From assembly GCA_964188305.1 (NCBI GenBank), contig OZ076888.1: DNA of 64,000 nt. One strand, given 5' to 3'. The position numbers were made by a program, and so were the translations under genes. Shown in pieces: positions 39,033 through 49,279 of this stretch (positions are counted from its first letter, which is position 1; every line of letters begins with the position of its first letter). Below the pieces are notes generated by a model. That model was not told the origin of the DNA and did no database searches. It saw only the letters and a program-made list of their open reading frames with translations. The stretch comes from Podarcis bocagei. Its lineage: Eukaryota.

Positions 39033-39142
39033 ATAAGAATTGTCAAGGGATCACAAGGATAATCTAGTCCAATCCCTTGTAATGCAGCAAAATGTAGGAC
39101 TCGAACTCCCAACCCTGAGATTAAGAGTCTCATGCTCAACTC
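39033..39142 (-). mobile_element. Short SINE: tRNA-Lys(CTT)-derived head with CR1-type tail
   Basis: Minus strand GAGCATGAGACTCTTAATCTCAGGGTTGGGAGTTCGAGTCC (anticodon arm and B box), followed by GGATTGGACTAGATTATCC...ATTCT. Confidence 0.7.
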
Positions 39143-39456
39143 TTTTAAACTATTGTTTTGGCAAAGAAAGACTATACAGAGTATGGTAGAAATCCATGTG
39201 CTTTTGAGGATGGGGCTTGACTCTGTCACATGTTTTGTAAATATATTATTGTTTGTGTTTAATTAGTCTGGCTTTTCTGAAAAAAGCAAACTGAGTGGCC
39301 CAGACATGTGGACTCTCAATAAAGAGCTGGTCCAATGTGAACAAAGCTTGATGGGGTCGGAATAACCAAATTCTGTGTGTAAATCTGTTTGAAATGGATT
39401 CCTCCTCTATCTCTAGTCAGAGTGGCTGGAGTAACTACTAGAAGTGGAAGTTAACT

Positions 39457-39840
39457 AGGGATGAGGGAGAAATCTACTCAATTTTCACTTCCCAAAACAA
39501 TACACAAACTGAATGACAAGCATCCTTTGAAATTTGCACTTTTCCAGATTTTGCACTGCCATTCACCAGTAAAAAATCTGTACAAAAATGCACACATTGG
39601 TGAAAGTAAAACACAGAAATGCATTATATTAGAGGGAAATGCTTTGAAGAAATGTGTATATTAGGAACGTTACATACCAAAAATGTTTATATTAGAATAA
39701 ATTTGCATTAAAATGTTCATACAGTTCCATGAGGGCTTTTAAAAAAATAGCAGACTGAGGTGGAAATGTGGAGAAATAAATTTAAGATTGTAAAAATGAG
39801 AAGTTGAGGAAAAAACTGAAATTGGCAGATTCACTGATCC
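39457..39840 (+). repeat. Unclassified AT-rich dispersed repeat (most complete copy)
   Basis: Starts AGGGATGAGGGAGAAAT and shares motifs with 31110-31413 and 41310-41590. Confidence 0.6.
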
Positions 39841-40811
39841 GCACAAGCAGAAATCTGAGAGGAGGAGGGTAAATTTCATGAGGCACTGAATGAAGAATAA
39901 GCAAAGAGTCATGTGCATAAAGGTCATGAGGAAAGTTGGGGGCTGAGAAAAGTTGGGGAAGGCAGTAAGGGGCAAGAGAAAAGATGGGGAAATATGACCT
40001 ATGGCCATATCTTAGGAAGGTAAACTTAGGAATGGAGATTTGGAGTAGGCAGAGGTCCAAGTCTTGATTAAAGGGTCAGAGAGACATCAGGAATCAAAGG
40101 TAAAAGGGACCTGCTGGAAGAAAAGCAGAGGAACAGAAGCTGAAGGATCATAGATGAGGTGGAGGAATGGAACAACGAGAAATCCAGAAGCACAAGCTTC
40201 TGAAAATAGGTGCAGTTCTTGTGAGAAAAGGAGGCCTCCCCTCTTTGCAGGTTGTGGATACGTCCTAATGAGCAAGTGGCGTTGTGTATTGTGGGCAGGA
40301 ATTTCACATATTGCTTTCAAATAGCCTTCTAAGGGTGCAACCTACCTTGCTCCTGATGAAACACCTCTGAAATATTATTCTTGTACAGCTTCCATTCAAC
40401 TCATCGGAAGCATTTTTGGCCTCTTGAAGATAAAAACTAATGGTCATTCATTCATTAATTCATTTGGTGGTTTATTTGTATGCTGCTTTCCCACAAGATG
40501 GTGGACAGAGCAGCTGAACAACAAGAAACATAACAGGTCTGTGTAGTCAACATAGAATTCTACACACTAATTGTTCTAGTGCAGAAATGTAATTTTTCTT
40601 GTCTGTTGTAATACTCCATGTAATTGCATTGGACTGTATTATTATTTCATGTAATATTCATTCTCCTCCTTCACCCTCACTGCCCCTTCGACTTCACCCT
40701 GATCCCACCCTGATGTTTTATTTCTACCACCTCTCCGGAGTGCTCTCATCCTCCTTCCCCTAGGTTAATTTTCACTTTTCTTGCACTTACTGTTCCCTCC
40801 TTTCTCCGTAG

Positions 40812-40936
40812 CTCCCTCCACAGTTCCCATCATGCACCAGGTAAGTGCCAGCATGAGGAGCATCACACTGTCATGGCCTCAGCCGGAACAGCCCAATGGC
40901 ATCATCCTGGACTATGAGATCCGTTATTATGAGAAG
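40812..40936 (+). CDS. EPHB1: EPHB1 coding exon (exon 6 equivalent), N-half of second FN3 domain, canonical donor
   Basis: ccgtAG acceptor after a pyrimidine tract; donor AAG|GTGAGC; 125 nt. Translates APSTVPIMHQVSASMRSITLSWPQPEQPNGIILDYEIRYYEK. Confidence 0.95.
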
Positions 40937-40993
40937 GTGAGCCGGATCTGCATCCCTGAGATTAGCAGCACTATGGGCGCAAGACCATCCACC
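40937..40993 (+). CDS. EPHB1: Candidate alternative in-frame extension of exon 6 (19 aa, VSRICIPEISSTMGARPST)
   Basis: 57 nt of open frame ending at a second phase-0 donor, ACC|GTAAGC. It resembles the insert I recall at this position in chicken EphB1/Cek6 (recollection, to be verified). Confidence 0.7.
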
Positions 40994-43900
40994 GTAAGCC
41001 TGAATGTGTTTGAGGAAGGGGAGTTGGGATGGGCCATTATTGATTTCGGAGTCTGGTGTTGTTTTTTCATGTTGTGGATGTGCAGTATTGGCTTGATTCA
41101 AAGCCTAGTTGAAGTCAATGGGGAGACACTCTGTGACAGCCGTGTGATTTTTGAAGTAGGCTCTTTCCTCAGTATTAATATTTCTGGAAAACCTATATCA
41201 GATTTGTAGACCAAACCTTCAACATTTGAGGTGGGCAAGATGGGGTTAGCTGTCCTTCATATTGACCTTCACCAGAATGAATTCCTATTACTTCTCTACA
41301 TTCCAGCATTTTAATGCAAAACTACTTAATTTGCACTTTCTAAAACAACACACAAAGCAAAATTCAGCAATCCATTGGCACGCACACTTCTCCAAATTTT
41401 GTGATCCAGATCTCCAACCAAGAAATGTGTCCCAAAATGTGTATATTGGGGATAATTGTATATTAAAATGTGTATTTAAAAGTAAAAAAAAAATGACAAT
41501 TCACTAATTCAGGCAGGAACGTGGAGAACGGAATTTCAGATTGGGGGGGGGGAATGTGTGAGAAACTTAAATAGACAGATTCACTTAGCCGCAATTGGTT
41601 CTAATCATATTGTCAATACAAACTCTTTCCGTACATACAACACTCCCACCTGTGGACTATCTCCTTACAGGCTTTGTACCACCTGGCTGCAAAGAGTTCA
41701 CAGGACACAGTTGCTTTAGTACATTATTTCACAGCTTACTAGGAACTTCTCCATGTCCAATCTTTACATTCTCACTATGGCTCCAGTCCTACCCACGTTA
41801 AATCAAATGTACCCCGCTTAGCTCAGCTTCTGTTGCCTGTTGCTTGCCTGAACCATAAAGCAGCAGCAGAGAAGGAATTCCTGTCCCAAGCGTCACTAAA
41901 CCGTTCAGCCCCACTGCTGCAGAAAATCTTGAAAATAATAGTTAACTGAAAGCAGGGACTCCCCGTTGATTTCTGCTTGCTTGCTGTGTACACTTGTTTC
42001 ATTTCCGCATGTTATTGAAATATCATTGTTTCAAGTGACTAATAGCTTGCTAGGAGTGACAATCTGCACACTGAGCTAGACTTGGTGATGTATAGTGAGT
42101 GCTTTGCCAACTCTGTGCCACTCTCCTGTGCCTGTATTATCCTCCTGAAGTTCTCTGCCTCTCAAGCCCCTCATATCCCAGAGATGACTCTTGTTTTATT
42201 ACCTTGTAAAAGTTGGATAGATGTAACCCAGCACAGATTGCTGCAGATTGGACTAAGAACCTGCTCTGCCCATGAGTCCCTGAGGTACAGTAAATGATAT
42301 CAAATGCCAGATTGTCAGGAAGCACTTGTCAATTGCGGTGCTACTGTGCAGACCATGCATGGTATTGTTTATGAGTGCAGGTCTACCTGAAATGGGAGGT
42401 GGCGGCCGCTTTGGACCTCAGCGAGTTCCCATGTTTGTATTAGACCCACCTGCCTAAGTATCTGACTGCTCAGAGGGAAGTGAAGTAGTCTAGAAGAAAA
42501 AGGGAGACAGGGCAAATGAGTTTCATGGATTTGGATTCAAAACTGAGGATATGCTATAGCTACATAGGGTCTTGATAATTGAGTGTCAAGCTGAACACAG
42601 GGTGGTCAGATGAAAAAGAGGACATGCAGCTGCACTTGTCGCATCAACTACACCTGCTGGAATTCCCTCTTCTAGACAACTATTAAAGTGCCAGAGACTT
42701 GTCCTCTTTTTCCATCTCACCACCCTAAGCAAATTGGAATTGGACACCAGGGAGTCCCAAATTCAAGCACTGGGCACTATGGTAGCCTTGGGCAACTTAC
42801 TGATTTTCACCTTCAGTTTTCTATCTGTCAAATGAATATCTGGGAAGTGAAGTGTAAGAAATAGCATATGACAATCTCCAGGCCACGAAATTGGATAGAG
42901 TTGCATTCTTTCTTCAGGCCCCATTGTCACAGAGACAATGGATGGTGACGGCTCTCTGTGCCTGATGCGCACTTCACAGACCGACCCAGTGTGTGAGTAC
43001 GTTGGAGTGGGCTGTTAAACTGGAATCTCATCTATACCATCCCACGCACACCACAGCAGAGCTGGGGCAAAAAAGCAGGGACTGGAAGGAGAATTTGATG
43101 AAATGCTAACACTGTGTTTTTGACTCACAAGTTTTCAGCAAGGCTTGATAAAAGCCTAACAGCCAAATCATATATTATAGTATCATATATTATATTATAG
43201 GTCATGCCACCTCTTTTGAGAGGAAAAACATGGAGTCCAGCGATTTAATAGAAATATATTTAGGATACAACAGTTGTGTTTGAATTCTGATATTCAATTT
43301 TTATTCCAAATCTCCTATTTTAGTTAATCATATATCAATAGGAGTCACAGACTTTCATTTGCACGTACATGTCAAATTGCTCAGAAATACAATGCTTGAT
43401 GCAGTGTGTGCACTGCATAGTCTGTAAACGGTTGAGTTTGAGGAGGGATGTTCTGTGTTTGATTGTTGATGGTTGTTTTGCATGTACAAGTTGCCACTTC
43501 ATTTTTATATTCCTGCAAGTGAGGAACATGCATGTGTAAATTCAGCTGCAATCGCTGCCCATTTGGGAGAGATGGTAGGCTAACTAAATTAAGAACTGTA
43601 TAGTGGGTACTAAGAATGGAAAGCCTCTCCAACTTTTTGTACAATAAATATTACCCATATTTTTACCCAGCAAATCACCTTCACTCCAAGTTGCACAGTG
43701 AAAATGCATTCACTGTGCAGTATATTGTACCTTTCCCAAGAAGTGGGGAATTTGGTTACATCAGTAGCAAACGGTGTGGTGTGGCACTGCCATTTGCCTG
43801 GTCTCTGTCATATCACTGCTGTTTACTGGGAGGTAGCGAAGGGGAGGCAAGGTGGTACTTAAGTTGGCACAGTAGAAATGCACCAGCACAGTCAAACTGG

Positions 43901-44203
43901 GGCTCCTGCCAGTCTGCTCGCATTGTGGCCACCTCCCTCCTCCAGCTCCCAAGAAGTAGCAGTGATGACACTGACCAGACATCAAGTGAGTGGTGCTGCT
44001 CCACCACACTGTCCACTACTGGATTGCCCAGCTGTTGCAGATACCTCTTTGCTACCTTTTGTGATAGAATCAGTGATCTGTGTTGTAACTCGCTCCCCTA
44101 TAAGCCTTCACTATTTGGTGAGGTCTTTTTGTTTGTTTGTTTGTTTGTTTGTTTGTTTGCTTGCTTGTTTTAAAAGTCTGTGAACCCTCTACACATACAG
44201 GTA

Positions 44204-44428
44204 CAGTGGTACCTCGGGTTACGAACTTAATTCATTCCGGAGGTCCATTCTTAAACCAAAACCGTTCTTAATGTGAGGTGCGCTTTTGCTAATGGGGCTT
44301 TTTGCTGCCACCACGCCGCGGGGTTGCGATTTCTATTCTCATCCTGGGGCAAAGTTCACAACCTGAGGTACTACTTCCAGGTTAGCGGAGTTTGTAACCC
44401 GAAGTGTTTGTAACCCAAGGTACCACTG
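44204..44428 (+). mobile_element. Tigger-like MITE
   Basis: TA-CAGTGGTACCTCGGGTTAC...AACCCAAGGTACCACTG-TA. Same orientation as the 27107 copy. Confidence 0.88.
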
Positions 44429-44804
44429 TATGTTCATTTCATCATTTTTGAATGGAGTGAATGGAGTGAATCTGCCTTTTTGATTACGTGTAAATGGTGC
44501 ATCACACCATTGTTATTGAAAAGGGATCAGTGGAAGTCAATATGTAGCTGTGATTACAAAACAGTCATCAACATCATCAACCCACTGCTTTCCATGCCTA
44601 ACAGGAAGCTTGCCAAATGTCAGTGGTTGCACGTTGTTCCTTGGCCCTGTTGAGGGAGAAATACAAGGAAGATGTTTGATGTTGCCTTTTGTTGCCATCT
44701 TAACTTTAAGAAGCCGTTGGCACAAAAGTACACCTTGGAAATAAGATCCCCAAAATATAACTTTTACTCATATGTTTCTCTTTTCTATTTGCTGTTCCCT
44801 GAAG

Positions 44805-44967
44805 GACCACAATGAGTACAATTCCTCCATGGCGAAGAGCCAGACCAACACGGCACGGATTGATGGGCTGCGACCAGGGATGGTGTATGTGGTACAGGTT
44901 CGGGCTCGGACAGTGGCTGGCTATGGGAAATACAGTGGAAAAATGTGCTTCCAAACCTTAACGGATG
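44805..44967 (+). CDS. EPHB1: EPHB1 coding exon (exon 7 equivalent), C-half of second FN3 domain
   Basis: ctgaAG acceptor; donor ATG|GTAAGT; 163 nt. Translates DHNEYNSSMAKSQTNTARIDGLRPGMVYVVQVRARTVAGYGKYSGKMCFQTLTD. Confidence 0.96.
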
Positions 44968-45728
44968 GTAAGTGTAACAAAAAAAGGAGGGGGGAGCAGA
45001 GAGGGAACTGAGAAAGGAACAGAGGGAAGGAGGTTGCACTCTGTCGAGCCTCTAAGCTATAATTGGATTAAATCAACTTGTCTCTCCAAACCCTTGCCTC
45101 CCAGTGGGGCAGTGTGGAGAGAGACTGGTGATTTAGAGAGATGTTTGATTAATTGCCAGCTGGAGGATTAATCTGACTGAAATCTCTTATCTCTGTTTTT
45201 ACCCTGACCATGCAAGCGATTCCCCGCCCAACTGCATATGAATGGGTTTTCAGTGTTTGCATGCAAGCTAGGGAGGGATCAGATTAACCTCTGTTGGTCA
45301 GAGTAGTGGCCCAGTATTCTGTATCCAGCAGTGGGTAGTATTCTGCATAATATATGATTTATACATGAGTGTGGTGTGGTGTGCTATCCCTCATTGATCA
45401 CACCCAACATGTAAATCTGTAGTTCTAGGAAATAAGCAACTATGGTGGTATAATAAAATTAGATTTTGTTTGAAGTTATAGGAAGTTGAGAAATAAACTG
45501 AATGTAAACATTCAGAGCCTGGCTGTATTTGCCAGTATCCTTTGATTGTATAACACTGCACCACCTTCCAAGGTCTAACTGCAACAGTCACAAGTTCATT
45601 TTTGAATTTCAGAAGAGACAGGCCCGTGTACATTAGTTTAAGGTTGGTAGATTAAATCTGTTAACTTAAGCACAATAGCCCAACACTCTACCAACAAGCA
45701 GCCAATTAAAAGTGCATAAAAGAGAGTA

Positions 45729-45970
45729 CAGTGGTACCTCGGGTTACATACGCTTCAGGTTACAGATGCTTCAGGTTACAGACTCCGCCAACCCAGAAAT
45801 AGTACCTCAGGTTAAAAACTTTTCTTCAGGATGAGAACAGAAATTGCGCAGCAGCGGTGCAGCGGCAGCAGGAGGCCCCATTAGCTAAAGTGGTGCTTCA
45901 GGTTAAGAACAGTTTCAGGTTAAGAATGGACCTCCGGAACGAATTAAGTACTTAACCCGAGGTACCACTG
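45729..45970 (-). mobile_element. Tigger-like MITE, opposite orientation
   Basis: TA-CAGTGGTACCTCGGGTTAC...AACCCGAGGTACCACTG-TA. The interior is the reverse complement of the 27107 and 44204 copies. Confidence 0.9.
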
Positions 45971-48282
45971 TATACATATGCACTCTTGAATTTACTCTGG
46001 TGGCCAGTCCTTCCTCTCGCTGCACTAGAGAATGTGTGGGACCTTCCTCCAAAAAGCAGGCCTAGAAAAAGTCCAGAGGAAATTGTGCATAATTGGAAGA
46101 ACTCTGTGATAAAGATTAGCTCTCCAGCTGTAGGCAAAGTATCTTCCTTGGCACTCGCCACCACTGTGGAATCAGACCAGAGGCATCATCTTTCTCTACC
46201 AGTGAGGGTTTTCTGTATATGTTGTGTCAAACATGGCCACTATTTTGGCCCCAATAGCCTGCAAGAATTAGCATGCAGGGGTTTGAAAACTTAGACTTGC
46301 TTTCTCTAGAATGAGCAGTAAACAGATAAGCTCATGACCACAGCCTTGTGCAGGTATGGCACATAAACAGGAAATTAACCCAATCAGGAGGCATGAAGCA
46401 GGCCCCACCCCAATGTGCCCATGTGTGCCAGCCCTTACCCCTCTGTTTCTGTGCTGAGCAGGGAAGAACTGAAGTGGATTATCCACCTTGCAGTCATTTG
46501 AATGCAAATAGAACCCTACACACGATTAGGAACTGTGATAAAGTTCTGTGGTCCTGTTTTCTATTATTACCATACTAAATAAGTATTAGTGTTCAAGATT
46601 TGTCTACAATTGACAGCCACTCTCAGTTCATCAGGATTAAAGCATCTCACATAGTTATTCACTAAGAATGGGTTGGTCATTGCATTTTTAAAGTGTACAT
46701 CCAAAGTACATACTAAAACTGTAATCTGTTAGGGAGACAATTTGGTTTGAAAGATATACACACTGACATGAAGGGTGTTGACATGTGTCACTGAACCAGC
46801 AATTCGCTGCTGTATATACACAGCTTAGACACACATGTGATTCCCATAGTGCGTCAAGCACAAAAATCTTGACTGTATCATAATTTCTATATCTGTAGAA
46901 CTGGACAAGGTTCAGTTTTAAATGTGCACAATTAATTTTCTCAGAACCTAAAGATTGAAAAACCAACATGTTTGGTTAATTATATTTTGAAGAATTGTTC
47001 AAGTTCTAGCTCAAACCTCAGGGGAGACATATATATATATGAGACTTTTTGATGATGCCTGGTTAGACAAATCTTACTTTGCTTGAAACAAAATATACTC
47101 TTTTCAGTAATATATTCTCAGCGTAGCTAAAGATCAGCAAGCAATCCCCCCCCCCATTCAGGTGGCTCCCTCCATGGAGCACTTTTAAGAGGTTCTTTCA
47201 AAGTCTAGCAAAGTCACTTTTGCTACAAATGCCTCCTTGTCTAGTGTCCAGAAGTTTTAATTGAGGAAGGGTATGGGGAGCACATACACACAGCACATAA
47301 CTGATGGACATTTTAAAAAATGATTTTCTCCAATACTTACAATTAGGCAGACAAGGAGAATGCTGTGTCTGAAATAGAAGCAGTTAATTGAAATACAGCA
47401 AGAATGGATATTGTATGTTATTAAATAATAATTGATTGTTAAATGAGATTTTGCACAGGATTTAAGCATCAAGCAGGAGATAAAACAGGTTACCAGTAAT
47501 TAGCTGCAAAACGAGAGGAAGAAAATTAAAAGGAAGTGTGAAATATTTCCATTTGTGTGAATTCATTCTAAGCTGATAGGACTTAGAGAGAGAATTATCA
47601 GAAGATGAACAATAATTTTAATAAAAATAAAAATGTTAATTGATGTGCAGGTCCATTGTGGTAAGGACTGAACAAATAAAGAGTTCTTCCTATCTGATCA
47701 ACTTATTGAGAAAGCCAGAAAGCACTGCAAAGGGTATCATTTCCCTGGATTAGGTCCTGGGTTGCAGGGCAAACATAAGCCAAAGTTTGCATGTTCTGGT
47801 GTAATGGTAAACTGAGGTTTGCAAAACAACAACAACCAAAAAGTAATTAGGTTCTCTGAGTCTGCAAGGGAAGTATGGAGATGGAAGAAAAAATATAAGT
47901 GTCTAAGGCTCCTTCCAGGCTTTTTCTTGTAGTACGAAAAATGATTTGGTGTTCCATATGAACTGAGCCATTATTAAGTGCTTGTCTTCCATAGCCCTCA
48001 ACACTCAACTTGCCAAACTGTAGAGTTCAGGATCTGAGAGCCCTTCTAACATAGAAATGGCAAAAGCTGGCCATTGTTACAATCCCTGTCATGCGTGGGA
48101 TTCCAGGGGTCTTGGCCTTCAGCCAGGATCTGTGCTTCTTTGGATCACCTATGTAACCCATCCTGAATTCCTGGTAGAAATGGTGGCATACAAAGCTAGT
48201 AAATAAATAATAGAGATTCGCTATTAGCAGCAAAGGATTGTATGAGCAGGCAAGAATGTTACAAATGTATTTTCTTTTCCAG

Positions 48283-48391
48283 ATGACTACAAGTCAGAAC
48301 TGAGAGAACAACTGCCATTGATTGCCGGGTCTGCAGCAGCAGGGGTCGTCTTTATTGTCTCCTTAGTGGCTATTTCAATTGTTTGCAGCAG
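48283..48391 (+). CDS. EPHB1: EPHB1 coding exon (exon 8 equivalent), transmembrane helix
   Basis: ttttccAG acceptor; donor CAG|GTACCA; 109 nt. Translates DDYKSELREQLPLIAGSAAAGVVFIVSLVAISIVCSR. Not in the ORF track because it is too short. Confidence 0.96.
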
Positions 48392-49214
48392 GTACCATTT
48401 GCCACATTATAAATTTCGCTTTCATTCCAAGGCTGAATCTTCCTGAAGGAGATTGTGGAAACACACACATTTACTGCAGGGCAGCGCTGGATAATGGAAT
48501 CAAGGAGCTAACAATTGATCTGTAATGGTTACATAAGAAGCGCGGTGTAGGTGCTAATGGATATTTGGCTTGCGTAGCTTAAGCACACCTTCTTTAAAGG
48601 GGCGAATGTTCTATTGCTAAGACATGCTTGCACACAGGGCAGAATCTTGCATGTATTCTCTTATGAAGGGTGCCAGATTTAAACAACAACACGAGCTACG
48701 TCAGTCTCTGCATTTAATGGCACTTTCCCCGAGAAAGCTCCTTTCCAAATGCCTGTTGCTTTCCATTACTGGTCCTGAGCTTGATGCACACAGGCATACC
48801 AAAATACACACTTCCTGAGGAGTTTCTGGTAGAAAACTCAATTTGTGGTTTGCAGGGCCAGCTCTGACTATTAGGGAGGTTGCCTCTGGTGACAGATCCC
48901 GGGTGATGGGGACTGGCGATGAGATGTTGGAGGACAGAGCTGTGCCCCCAAAGCTGTCCTACTGCTCTCAGGTGCTGTGGGGACTGCTGCAGTGTCACCA
49001 ATGTTGAAGTAAGATTCAACTGTCTATCTGGTCCCGCACACGGAAAGGATGGGGTGCGATTTTGTCCCTCGCCTCAGGCAGCTCCAGTCCTTGAGCCAGA
49101 CCTGATATGTTAATTCCATATTTGTCCACAAAGGTGCAGTGAATAAGGACAAACTGGTCTGTCTTTACAGCCTTGGGCACTGATTGAATGGCATCTTCTT
49201 TTTCATTTTCCTAG

Positions 49215-49279
49215 GAAGCGAGCTTACAGCAAAGAGGCAGTATACAGTGACAAGTTACAACACTACAGCACTGGTCGAG
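49215..49279 (+). CDS. EPHB1: EPHB1 coding exon (exon 9 equivalent), juxtamembrane
   Basis: ttcctAG acceptor; donor GAG|GTGAGT; 65 nt. Translates KRAYSKEAVYSDKLQHYSTGR, which is EphB1-specific. Confidence 0.95.

Noticed and set aside
39070-39142. tRNA-Lys gene
   Set aside because: Acceptor stem and D arm are missing and it is fused to a CR1 tail; it is a SINE.
40353-40372. Second CTGATGA...GAAA hammerhead-like spacing
   Set aside because: The intervening sequence cannot form stem II and there is no flanking stem I.
43616-44173. 185-aa ORF in intron 6
   Set aside because: No recognisable motif, ends in a (GTTT)n repeat, and has no splice or homology support.
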